Part shown: positions 46,506 through 56,154 of the stretch, one piece after another
Layout: each line of letters opens with the position of its first letter
How positions within the stretch are numbered: the stretch's first letter is position 1
Virus record (IMG/VR): IMGVR_UViG_3300022921_000003
Reading direction: 5' to 3' (one strand)
Source of the DNA: an uncultured virus (IMG/VR IMGVR_UViG_3300022921_000003)
Lineage: Duplodnaviria > Heunggongvirae > Uroviricota > Caudoviricetes
DNA: 64,000 nt
Notes under the pieces: model-generated
What the model was told of the DNA's origin: nothing
The model's input: only the letters and a program-made list of their open reading frames with translations
Database searches by the model: none
Translations under genes and position numbers: made by a program

Positions 46506-49500
46506 TTATGTTGCCAGTGCTAGAATTCTAAGGTCTTTAATCCTTGGTGGTCTTGCAGAGTTTGTTGCTCGCATTACAATCTTAATCTGGAAAGCAATGA
46601 ATTCATCAAGTGGTGTACCGATACCGTCATCTGTTACACCCGCCGTAAACTCATACTCATTAAACTGACCAATACCAAGTGATGGAGAAACACTTACGTC
46701 TGGTCCACCAGAACCGGAAACGGTCCCATCATCATTGAAGAACCTAAAGTCTAGTTCATCAAAGTCATTTGCATCATCAGTTCTTAGAATTTTATAGAGA
46801 ACCTTGATGTCAGCAGTGTCCTCTCTATTTGCATCAAAGATAACTCTAAGTGATGTTGCAGGATTTTCTAGTGTTGCACGTTTTGTCAAATAGATTGCAT
46901 CGTGGTCATCACCAGATGGGTCTGTCATTGGATCGTAGATTGCTGTAGGATATACATCAGCAGATGAGTCAATCTCATTAATTCTGTTTGCAATGGCCAA
47001 GAACGTCATTCTCTTCAAGTCGATAACTGGAGATACATTACTATTTGTTGAAGAGAGTGTCAATGGCATAATCAAAGACTTACTACCAGACAGTTCGTTT
47101 GTCTCGTTAATCTCAGAGGCAACCATATATGGTTCTTCATAGTAGTAGTTATCATTCAATGGAATTGTCTCTGCATTAGCAAGAGTAGACTGTGTGAATG
47201 AAGTTTGAGAACCACTAGAACTTGTTGCGGTGGTAGGTCTAATCTTTGAAACAATATCACACTCTGGTGGAATGAGAGTTCCAATGATTGTACTACTCAC
47301 ATCATACATTGCATTTTCTGTTGCAGTCACAGAACTTCCACCAAATGTAGAGTCACCACTACTTGCAACAACTGGTGTTGTTGAAAGAGAAATTGTGTAG
47401 TAATCCGTAGATGGATTTGCAATCGCAGTATGTGTTTTATTGATTTCTGTAAATGGAACTTTGTGTAACATGTACAATTCTACTGTTGCACCATTTGAGT
47501 GAGCTGCAGCAGTTGTTCCACCAACACCTCTTGTTGCACCAGTAATATTATTACCTGTGATTGAGGTGTAAGAAATAATCTCGTCATCAATCTTGATGTA
47601 GTAGATACTACCAGATGCAGTTGGTGCATACTTACCTGTGGTATCATCAAAGTTTGTACCAGAGGTTAGTGTGATTGCAGTTGCATCACTTGCAATAGCA
47701 CCATTCAGTGTAGTCTCCGCACCAGACACCACACCACTAATCGTCACATTATTTGATGTAGAGTGCATCTGGTTATCAAAGTGATTTACCTTTAGAGTGG
47801 TACTACTATTTGTCATCACCAATGGATTTTTACCAAGAGTAAGTGTTGGTACTGCATCATTAGTAAGAGTGACTGCACCATTAGCACTTGTATCAAATTC
47901 TGCAGCACGAAGAGTAAACTTCATATCTTGTGACGGTGCTGGAGCCCAAGTCCTATTATTATGTCCCTTGAAAAGAACACCAACATGTGGTTGTTCTGAA
48001 ACAAGATTACCATCTGAATCTTCTTGACCCAAATCAGAAATCCATGCAAGATAATCTGTGGTCGAGGCTTGAACAACAAAACAATACTCAGCCATAGATT
48101 TAAGATATACAGGTGATGGGAAATTAAATGTTGTTGCAGTCTTACCATCAGAAGAGGTATTGACTTGAGACGGTTGTAACGTAACTCTACTAAATGGCAC
48201 AACTCTTGGGCCCGGATAACCATTTACAACGTTTCTAATTTCAACCATAATTGGTAATGTTTCTGATTTTGCAGAAAAGAATAGGTCAATAGATGTAACA
48301 AATCTACCAGCATCTTCATCTGATCCAACAGCATCAGATATAAATTGTTTATCTTCATCTGCAATAATAAATGTTTGTGCAAGAGGATCATCCATACCGT
48401 CGCCGTCGCCGTCGCCGCCGTCGGTGATGATCTCATGAGCTCGTTCAATTGCTCTTGATTGACTCACATTTTCACGGGCAAGTCTACCATTACGAGTTGC
48501 AATAATAGTTTCTTGATTTGTTTCAAGAACGCCTTCAGCAAAATAGAAAGTTGTTCCTCTAGTATCAGTATTTCTTTCATTCGTTGAACTTGATGTTAAT
48601 ATAAACGGGATAGTTCCTGTTGAGAACTGTGGGTTACCAGAAATTTTTGGGTCTGGAATTGCAAATGTACCACCACATTGACTATTTGCCTTAACAATCA
48701 ATGGACTTCCTGCAGCGGGTGTTGAGTCTGTGGTTGAATCTGCATCTGGTGTAATATATGAACTTATTGACACACCATCAAAAAAACCATATATTCTACT
48801 AAAGGGTTTCATTCCCAAAACGTCAAATCGAATATTCCTTGCACGAACAACAGGAATTGCAACTCTAGAAATTGTTCTGAAACCCTGACTCTCTCTTTCA
48901 ACAGATTCTTCAACAAACGTTCTTGTTCCACTTCTTCTTGAAGTGCCGGTTTCAACTGTGCGAACGGTAACGCCGAAGTCCTTGTTACCTTCGGTCCAGT
49001 CCCATGGCGTTCTGGTAGTATTAATTCGACCACTCCAAGTATCCTGCCATGCATTCCAAACAGTTCCTAACTGGTTTCTGTTTGCATTCACAACTGCATC
49101 AAAGTTACCTTCGACATTGATAACAAGTTCTGGTGCAACCTCTGTCTCAAACCAAGAGTCTTGGTCTGGGTCAAGTTCTATTGTACCCTGCCATGAAGCA
49201 GTTAGAAATGGTGTAACCCTCTCAACACTCGTTGCAAAAGGTTGCTCTGTGAGAACTACCTCTGTATAAGGAAGTGTAAGTAGATCGCCTGTCTTCTGAT
49301 AACCAGCAGTAGTTCTTGCACTATCAGTTGTTGCCTGTTCAAGAAGATCAATACCCTTTGTCTTATGAACTGGACGTAACTCACCGAGTTGCGTATCCAT
49401 AGAATTTCTGTAGTCTGGATGTCTAGAATCACCAACAGAGTGTCCACGGAATGGGTCAACGATGAAACCAGACTTAAATCTGTTTAATCCATTTGCATCA

Positions 49501-52500
49501 GTGACCTCAAAAGACTGTGCATCTTTCTCAAGTAATGAAAGTGTGGTAACTCTTTCAACATTAGTAAGTCTTTGTTCAATTCTACCAATGTCACGCATCG
49601 TAAATCTTTGAGTTCTTTCTCTGGTCAAAAGTACATCTTGTGGTTTGAACGTAAATGCGGGTAAAGAAAGGTCTGCAAGTTTCATTGCATTATCAACAGG
49701 AGTTGGTAACCGAGGTCTTTCAGAAGACGCCCCTTCTCTTACAATAATATTACCTCTATCATCCATGAAGATAGATGCACGTTTTGGTAAATAGTACTCA
49801 AGGTCTGACTGAACGTTAGAAGCTGGTTTACCAAAGTTAGAGTATGATGAACCTGTACCAGTGTAAACTCTAGAGGTAAAGTCAAAAGAGTTTCCAGTGA
49901 TTTCATCTACTGTTGAAAGTGTTGCACTTGCACCAGCAACGTCAGCAACTCTTGGTCTAAAGTCGTATGTTTCATATAGTGGAAATAGACCTGTTGGTTC
50001 TGGATCATCTGGGTCAACTCTTGATGCATTATATGATGGAATGTCTTCGTAATCCATCTGGTTTGCAACATCAGTATATGAGTCAACTGTCATTACATCA
50101 CCAGTACCATGTTCCATGTAGTCATAAACTACAAGGAGTCTACCCTGTGGTGTGGGAACACTTGGTTTTCTGATGATACGAGAAATGTCATAGAAGTTAT
50201 CACGTTGTCCTGTATCAAGAAGGAAGTCTGAGGTGATAACAACATCACCAGCCGTCACTGCACTTACTGTTGCAGTTGCGTCAGAGGATTCACCTGTAAT
50301 AACATCACCTACAGCAAAGTCTGTTGCTGATGTCAGAACATAACTAAATGGTGATGATGTGTCAATAATTCTACCTGTTGCACCACTTGTTCCACCAGTA
50401 ATCTTTTCACCTCTGGTAAATGTACCAGTAATTGCACCTGTGGTTAGTTCTGGTGCAACAGCATCTGTTGATGTGTCTTCTGAGTCAAACACCGCAACAA
50501 GTTTGAATGCATCTGCACGTCCAAGAGAAATATCTCTATCAGTTGGGCGTGTACCATATGCATCCGTTGTGCCTGGTGTTACCTTTACCTGTTTCATCAA
50601 CTGAACAGTTTTATTCTTTTGTGTAACAGAAGTCTTCGTTGTGGTTGCAAGAAGTTTTACTTTTGATGCATTGAAGTTGGAGTCAGTAATTGTAATTGTA
50701 CCAGAGCCAGTTCCAGTAATATTACCGTCAATACTTACAATGTCACCAGTTGCGTGAGTAGCACCACTACCGATATCAAGAACAGATAATGTGTAGTCAG
50801 CTTCTGTGAAACCATTGAAGGTTTCGTTTGTACCAGCAGTAAAGGATACCACACCAGATGCATCTGTTGTACCAACGAACTGTCTGCGAATGGTGAATTG
50901 TGTATCACTTGCACCACCGTTTGCAGTTGTTAAGTGAGTTTTTACAACTCTATGTGATGGTTTGAATAGTGCGATATTTTTTTCTGGGTCTTTTAGCTGA
51001 GCACGTTTACGAATAACGTTTGCGGTTGTAATTGCATCAGTTGATGGTGCAGCAGTAAATGAGATTGCAGTTGAGGTAATACCGTCAACAATTCTTTCTT
51101 CAGTTGCACCGGCAGTACCAGTAGGAATTTCTAGAACGTCACCAACCTTGACTTCACTCGTATCATAACCAGACACACCAATAAGGTTGTCTGTACCAGT
51201 TGTCTCTGTACGATATGTGCCACTAAGTGTTAACTGATTATCAAGAACAATATCAGCAGTGAAGTCTTGGTTAGCATCTGCATCATTCATAAAGATTTGT
51301 TTGAAGTCTTGGAATGAATATGTTGTGATTGATGAGATTGTAATGTCTACATTACCAGATGTCTCAACAATACTATCCGTTTCAGATGAGTCTGAAGCTG
51401 TAATCTTTTCACCAGCAGAGAATGTTCCGATAACGTTTGTTAGGTTGACATTAGTTGTTGATGTACCTTCACCAAATACAAGACCAGTTGCACCACTCGT
51501 TACACCTGTAACAAGAACACCATCAGTGTGGTTTGCCGTGAGTGTTGGACTTGGTGTACCACTCAGAGTTAGAACTGTAAATGGTCTTAGGTCAAACAAG
51601 AACAACTTGTACTGTGAGGTTGTGTTAGAAGAAGTTGCACCCGCCGTACCACTATGATAAGACATAGAACGAGAACGTCCTACACCAACCAGTGTTCCGT
51701 TTGCGGCGCCACGAGATGAGTTTCGTGTATCATAGAACTGACACTCTTTGAAAGGAGTTGCCTCACTGGTTACTTCTGAGATGTCTGGTGAGTTGTAAAT
51801 ATTTGTGATAAGTGCATAGTTACCAGTATCAAAAACTGTAATGTCAGCATTCTTAGTTTCAAAGTCACGAGCCTTATTGATGTCCTTGAATGATGGAGTA
51901 TTTTTTAATATTTCATATCCATTAACGTATGCCTTGCCCGGAGAAACTCTAATTGAAAGTAAATCTGAACTTGCGGTATTACCATCCTCTGTAGTTGCAC
52001 CAACGGCAAATCTACCCGTGTTTTCATTTACAGTTACGGACTCTTCAACCTTAAATTGAAATGGTTTAACAGTATAGTTACCAGACTCATCAAATGTGCG
52101 CCTTGCAAATTCCTGAGATAATACAGAATACTCTGTCTCTCTACCCATTGCAACAACCGAACCATTCTTAATCTGTGCAAGTTGAACGAAGTTTGCATTA
52201 GTTACAGCTGTTTTCTTGGCAAGAGTAAGAGAAATCTGAAGACGATGAGCACCCTTTGCAGCAAAGTTTGAAGACCCCTGTGCATTGTCTAGAAGTGATG
52301 ATTCATCCTCTGGAGTAACTAGTGTCTCTGTAATATCAAAACCAACAAATCCATTAAAATTGATATCATATGGATCAAGTGTAATTTGTTGATTACCAGA
52401 AGCAACAAAAAAACCTCTTATAAAATAAACACCAGCTCGAACATAGTAAGCAATACCTGTTCTAGATGCTGGTCCTGTTGCACTTGTTGCATCAGTAGAA

Positions 52501-53021
52501 GTTGCAGTAAAAGTAGTTGCTGAAACAACATCAGCATCATAAGAAATCGTATCATGTTGAATTGCAACATCAGCAGTAATATTCTCGCCATCTGCAAATA
52601 CCGCAGTCGCATTGTCTGTTCCTGCTCTTAAATAGTTAATAAAAAGAAGGGGTTGTTCTGTAGCACTACCTGCCTGATATCCAATAACCTCTGCTTGAAT
52701 ACCAGTAGTTGCACCAGTGATAATAACTCTTGTGTTTTCATTAAAATATTTTGATGGGTCTACGTTTTCTCCACCAAATTGTGTTGCAAGTTTTAGTGAA
52801 TAATATCTATTAATACCAGACTGGCCAGGAACAACGGCAGCACCTTCTTTAAAAACATGACTACCATGTGTCTCAATCTGATACTGCAACTGACTCTGTA
52901 ACTGAGTAAGTTCTCTTGCCTGAACTGCAAAACCAGGCCGAAAGAGTGTGCGAACATAATTATTGTCCTCACTAAAGTCGTCGTAATAAGGTGCAGCGTT
53001 AAGATTTGTTTTTTGTGCCAT
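46506..53021 (-). CDS. large virion structural protein (DUF4815/VrlC-like baseplate or tail protein)
   Basis: NLN..PYYDDF, LFRPG.AVQARELTQLQS, ARRTFDESG.Y, NRFKSGFIVD.F, DPLAQTF, PPRIKDLR.LAL. Confidence 0.85.
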   Translation of the reverse strand: MAQKTNLNAAPYYDDFSEDNNYVRTLFRPGFAVQARELTQLQSQLQYQIETHGSHVFKEGAAVVPGQSGINRYYSLKLATQFGGENVDPSKYFNENTRVIITGATTGIQAEVIGYQAGSATEQPLLFINYLRAGTDNATAVFADGENITADVAIQHDTISYDADVVSATTFTATSTDATSATGPASRTGIAYYVRAGVYFIRGFFVASGNQQITLDPYDINFNGFVGFDITETLVTPEDESSLLDNAQGSSNFAAKGAHRLQISLTLAKKTAVTNANFVQLAQIKNGSVVAMGRETEYSVLSQEFARRTFDESGNYTVKPFQFKVEESVTVNENTGRFAVGATTEDGNTASSDLLSIRVSPGKAYVNGYEILKNTPSFKDINKARDFETKNADITVFDTGNYALITNIYNSPDISEVTSEATPFKECQFYDTRNSSRGAANGTLVGVGRSRSMSYHSGTAGATSSNTTSQYKLFLFDLRPFTVLTLSGTPSPTLTANHTDGVLVTGVTSGATGLVFGEGTSTTNVNLTNVIGTFSAGEKITASDSSETDSIVETSGNVDITISSITTYSFQDFKQIFMNDADANQDFTADIVLDNQLTLSGTYRTETTGTDNLIGVSGYDTSEVKVGDVLEIPTGTAGATEERIVDGITSTAISFTAAPSTDAITTANVIRKRAQLKDPEKNIALFKPSHRVVKTHLTTANGGASDTQFTIRRQFVGTTDASGVVSFTAGTNETFNGFTEADYTLSVLDIGSGATHATGDIVSIDGNITGTGSGTITITDSNFNASKVKLLATTTKTSVTQKNKTVQLMKQVKVTPGTTDAYGTRPTDRDISLGRADAFKLVAVFDSEDTSTDAVAPELTTGAITGTFTRGEKITGGTSGATGRIIDTSSPFSYVLTSATDFAVGDVITGESSDATATVSAVTAGDVVITSDFLLDTGQRDNFYDISRIIRKPSVPTPQGRLLVVYDYMEHGTGDVMTVDSYTDVANQMDYEDIPSYNASRVDPDDPEPTGLFPLYETYDFRPRVADVAGASATLSTVDEITGNSFDFTSRVYTGTGSSYSNFGKPASNVQSDLEYYLPKRASIFMDDRGNIIVREGASSERPRLPTPVDNAMKLADLSLPAFTFKPQDVLLTRERTQRFTMRDIGRIEQRLTNVERVTTLSLLEKDAQSFEVTDANGLNRFKSGFIVDPFRGHSVGDSRHPDYRNSMDTQLGELRPVHKTKGIDLLEQATTDSARTTAGYQKTGDLLTLPYTEVVLTEQPFATSVERVTPFLTASWQGTIELDPDQDSWFETEVAPELVINVEGNFDAVVNANRNQLGTVWNAWQDTWSGRINTTRTPWDWTEGNKDFGVTVRTVETGTSRRSGTRTFVEESVERESQGFRTISRVAIPVVRARNIRFDVLGMKPFSRIYGFFDGVSISSYITPDADSTTDSTPAAGSPLIVKANSQCGGTFAIPDPKISGNPQFSTGTIPFILTSSSTNERNTDTRGTTFYFAEGVLETNQETIIATRNGRLARENVSQSRAIERAHEIITDGGDGDGDGMDDPLAQTFIIADEDKQFISDAVGSDEDAGRFVTSIDLFFSAKSETLPIMVEIRNVVNGYPGPRVVPFSRVTLQPSQVNTSSDGKTATTFNFPSPVYLKSMAEYCFVVQASTTDYLAWISDLGQEDSDGNLVSEQPHVGVLFKGHNNRTWAPAPSQDMKFTLRAAEFDTSANGAVTLTNDAVPTLTLGKNPLVMTNSSTTLKVNHFDNQMHSTSNNVTISGVVSGAETTLNGAIASDATAITLTSGTNFDDTTGKYAPTASGSIYYIKIDDEIISYTSITGNNITGATRGVGGTTAAAHSNGATVELYMLHKVPFTEINKTHTAIANPSTDYYTISLSTTPVVASSGDSTFGGSSVTATENAMYDVSSTIIGTLIPPECDIVSKIRPTTATSSSGSQTSFTQSTLANAETIPLNDNYYYEEPYMVASEINETNELSGSKSLIMPLTLSSTNSNVSPVIDLKRMTFLAIANRINEIDSSADVYPTAIYDPMTDPSGDDHDAIYLTKRATLENPATSLRVIFDANREDTADIKVLYKILRTDDANDFDELDFRFFNDDGTVSGSGGPDVSVSPSLGIGQFNEYEFTAGVTDDGIGTPLDEFIAFQIKIVMRATNSARPPRIKDLRILALAT

Positions 53022-53022
53022 A

Positions 53023-54522
53023 TTAGAATTCCACTATGATTTTGATGTCTTCTGTTTGGTCGGTTGCCCGAGAGATAGGTGACCTGTTCTCATTATATAT
53101 GATGTCTCCACTATCGGGTTGTAATTCTGGATTTGCATATCCATCAGTAAAGGTAATTGTGTTACCACCAGAGAGTGTTACTGCACTATCTGCGTCAGCA
53201 TCTGGTGTTCCTGATGCAGATGAGTCTGCACCACTTACAGAATTTGCACCAGAGAATGCAACTAATCCACCAGTAGTTGAGTTTGTACCATAGTCACCAT
53301 AACGTTCCTGTTGGTAATACAAGATACTTAAATCTGAATCCCACTCTACAACTTTACCAATCGCACCTGTTGATGTCTGAGTAATCTTCTCGTCAGCAGT
53401 AAATGTTCCACTTACACCTGTAAGTTTAAGTGCAGAGGTCTGACGAATTGTTGCATCTGTTGCAACTGTGGAAGTTCCATAGTTAGTTGGGTCAACTACG
53501 ATTGCAATGTTTCTAAAGTCGTTACCTGTGAGAAGGTCATCACGTTCTGCACCGATAAAGAGTGTATTCAACATAACATAGTGACCACCAAGTTGGTCAA
53601 CGGCATTTGAACCATGACCACCTTTTGGACTAATCACAACACGAATGGAACCACCAGAACCACCGATTGGAGATGAACTTGTTAGGGCTGCATCTGAGAA
53701 TGTATAACCTGATGCAAGATTTACAGTTCCGAAAGTATATCCAGAACCGCCCGCATAAACAGTTGTGTCTGTTCCATCTGTTAGACCGAATGCGTTGAGA
53801 ACACCGTCTCCGTCCACAACGATCTTTACGATTGCACCAGAGGCAGTCCCTTGGTTTGCACCGTCACCATAAACTGCCGCATAGTATGTTCCCGCTGTAT
53901 AACCAGAACCACCAGTAACAACGAGTGATTCGATTTTACCATCAGTTGCAGCAGAAGAAACAGTTGAGTTTGTACGAACAGGCATAAAGTCCGTTGTTAG
54001 AAACTTAACTTGATCAGATGCACTGATGGTATACATGTACTTAAGAATGTATCCACCAGAAGCAAAGGGCGTATTTGATTCGGAAGTTGGTTCTGTGCCA
54101 GAATATGCAGTACCAGCATTATTGTCTAGAACCATGTACACTCTGTTATCTGATGTTCTAAAGTAAAATGTTGAGTCATACAGATTTGTTGCACCAGATG
54201 TAGAAGTATTTGATGCACTAACAGTGTCGTCATACATGTCATATGTTGTTGCGTTTGCCCAATCTCTACGGGGAATAACATACTGAACATCAGTAGTTGC
54301 AATATTCTTACCAGCAATGGTCTGATCCCAAACATAGAACTCACTGGACACATCATCAACAGGAGTTGGTGGTGCAGAGTCAGTTCCACCACTGGTTCCA
54401 GCAGTAAATGAAGTTGCCTTACCAATCAACATGTAATATGTTGACTTTGCAGTCTCTGAGAATGACTCATAAAACTGTTCGGCGTTATGTTGTCTGAATT
54501 TTTGTGTGATGATTGCAGTCAT
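53023..54522 (-). CDS. gp8: gp8 baseplate wedge subunit
   Basis: AIIT..FR..NA..F, IPRRDW, GY..KYMY.I, ISP.GGHG, ENR.PI.RA.DQTEDIKIIVEF. Confidence 0.9.
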   Translation of the reverse strand: MTAIITQKFRQHNAEQFYESFSETAKSTYYMLIGKATSFTAGTSGGTDSAPPTPVDDVSSEFYVWDQTIAGKNIATTDVQYVIPRRDWANATTYDMYDDTVSASNTSTSGATNLYDSTFYFRTSDNRVYMVLDNNAGTAYSGTEPTSESNTPFASGGYILKYMYTISASDQVKFLTTDFMPVRTNSTVSSAATDGKIESLVVTGGSGYTAGTYYAAVYGDGANQGTASGAIVKIVVDGDGVLNAFGLTDGTDTTVYAGGSGYTFGTVNLASGYTFSDAALTSSSPIGGSGGSIRVVISPKGGHGSNAVDQLGGHYVMLNTLFIGAERDDLLTGNDFRNIAIVVDPTNYGTSTVATDATIRQTSALKLTGVSGTFTADEKITQTSTGAIGKVVEWDSDLSILYYQQERYGDYGTNSTTGGLVAFSGANSVSGADSSASGTPDADADSAVTLSGGNTITFTDGYANPELQPDSGDIIYNENRSPISRATDQTEDIKIIVEF

Positions 54523-54549
54523 TTGTTATTCCTTTAACCCTACAGTTAT

Positions 54550-55095
54550 TTATGCGAAACTCTTAACAGTTTTTAATGTTGTTCCCGCTGAATTTTTAAT
54601 TTCAAAGTCTACTGTTCCTACAGCAGCAACTGTTCCAGAAAATGTAACGTTACCATTTGCAGCGATTGTAATTGCACCAGTGGTTGTTGCAGAACCAATC
54701 GTTCCTGCATCTGGAATTACGATATTACCACCAGTGGTAATAGCACCAGCAAAAGTTGCAGTTGAATTATCAAGTTTAAGTCTTTGAGTGCCGCCGGTCG
54801 TAAATGCGACTTCATCTGCTGCACTAAAATAGATACCTGTATTTGTATCCCCTGTTTTTGTGATTGAAGGGGCAGCAGCAGAACCAGCAGCAAAAGAAGC
54901 AACACCAGTAACAGTAGGACCAGCAAGAGTTACGACAGAAGAAGTTGCACTTAAACCAGTAGTTAGTGCGGTTCCAGTTCCAAGTAGAGTGTAAATCTCA
55001 TTGAAGTTGTCATTTATCTTATCGCCGCCGGTGCGGATAGGATCACCAGTACCATCGTTTACTGTCGTTCCCAGAGAAAGTGATTGTTTTGCCAT
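54550..55095 (-). CDS. short fibre with a gp9/gp10-type N-terminal attachment domain
   Basis: MAKQ..LGT..NDGTGD.IR.GG.KINDNFNEIY; C-terminus shared with 45374..46282. Confidence 0.7.
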   Translation of the reverse strand: MAKQSLSLGTTVNDGTGDPIRTGGDKINDNFNEIYTLLGTGTALTTGLSATSSVVTLAGPTVTGVASFAAGSAAAPSITKTGDTNTGIYFSAADEVAFTTGGTQRLKLDNSTATFAGAITTGGNIVIPDAGTIGSATTTGAITIAANGNVTFSGTVAAVGTVDFEIKNSAGTTLKTVKSFA

Positions 55096-55117
55096 AATAG
55101 TTCCTTGTTACCTTCTA

Positions 55118-56119
55118 TTACGCATCATTAGTGGCGTCTGTAGTAAAGAATATCTTTACACCAATAAGTCTTGCATCTTCTGTCATGTCATCATTTGCAT
55201 CAGAGACATCTCTAAAAATTCTGAAATAACATATGTCACCAACAGCAGGAGTTCCAGCAATTGTAACAGCACTACTCTCTGCCGTCACACACTGATCTTC
55301 TGCAGCACCTAAAGCATCATCTGTTACTACAACAGCAGTTCCATATGCAACATCAATGGTATCGTTATCTGAAACTGCAACACCCTGTAGTCCCCATGCA
55401 ACACCATCAGTATCGGTTGCGGTTGTAGTCCAATAAACTTGGAATGTAATTGTTCCCTCATTCCAACTCTTAGGGAATGCAATAGAGAACTGTGCATGTT
55501 CATCAGAACCATCATCGAAGTCTAGAACTTGCATGTCTGGACGACCAGAGGTTGTTTCGACTTCAGTAATTGGAGCACAACCATTGGAAACTGTTGGACG
55601 CATTGCTCCAGCGGGAACCCAGATTGTGTCTGTACCAGCAGTTTTAATTGTACCAGTAAGTCCATCCAGTAAGTTTAATTCTGCGGCTGTAGAAGTTAAA
55701 TCATTTGACCCATCATTGAGTGTTGCGTAAGTAAGAGTTCCCGTAAATGTTGGTGATGCTAGGGGCGACTTTGAGTCTAACTGAGTTTGAATTGCAGATG
55801 TTACGCCATCAACAAAATTAAGTTCTGCAGCACTAGATGTGACGAGAGTTCCACCAAGTTTAAGTCCGTTTGAACCATCATGACTGGCAACATCAAAATC
55901 AAATGCACCATCAGCAAACACTGTATTACCAGTAATGCTTGGGCTAGTTAGAGTGATTTGTGTTGCATCGGAACTAATGCCAGATGAAAGGGCAGAACCA
56001 TCTCCAAGTGCAGTATAGATTTCATCAAAGTTATCATTAACTTTGTCCATACCATCTCGTAGATTATCACCTGTACCATCGTCAGCAACTGTACCGATAC
56101 CTACTGTTTGTTTTGCCAT
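55118..56119 (-). CDS. fibre with a gp9/gp10-type N-terminal domain and a C-terminal beta-sandwich
   Basis: MAKQ..IGT..DDGTGD.LR.G..KVNDNF.EIY, TSSAAELN repeats, TIWVPA...FPKSWNEGT...DARLIG. Late promoter at 56142-56149. Confidence 0.7.
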   Translation of the reverse strand: MAKQTVGIGTVADDGTGDNLRDGMDKVNDNFDEIYTALGDGSALSSGISSDATQITLTSPSITGNTVFADGAFDFDVASHDGSNGLKLGGTLVTSSAAELNFVDGVTSAIQTQLDSKSPLASPTFTGTLTYATLNDGSNDLTSTAAELNLLDGLTGTIKTAGTDTIWVPAGAMRPTVSNGCAPITEVETTSGRPDMQVLDFDDGSDEHAQFSIAFPKSWNEGTITFQVYWTTTATDTDGVAWGLQGVAVSDNDTIDVAYGTAVVVTDDALGAAEDQCVTAESSAVTIAGTPAVGDICYFRIFRDVSDANDDMTEDARLIGVKIFFTTDATNDA

Positions 56120-56154
56120 GACTTTTCCTCTATTATTCTTATATTTATAAAGTT

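Noticed and set aside
46506..53021. Diversity-generating retroelement target or intein in the large virion protein
   Set aside because: No reverse transcriptase, no template/variable repeat pair, and no intein splice motifs were seen.
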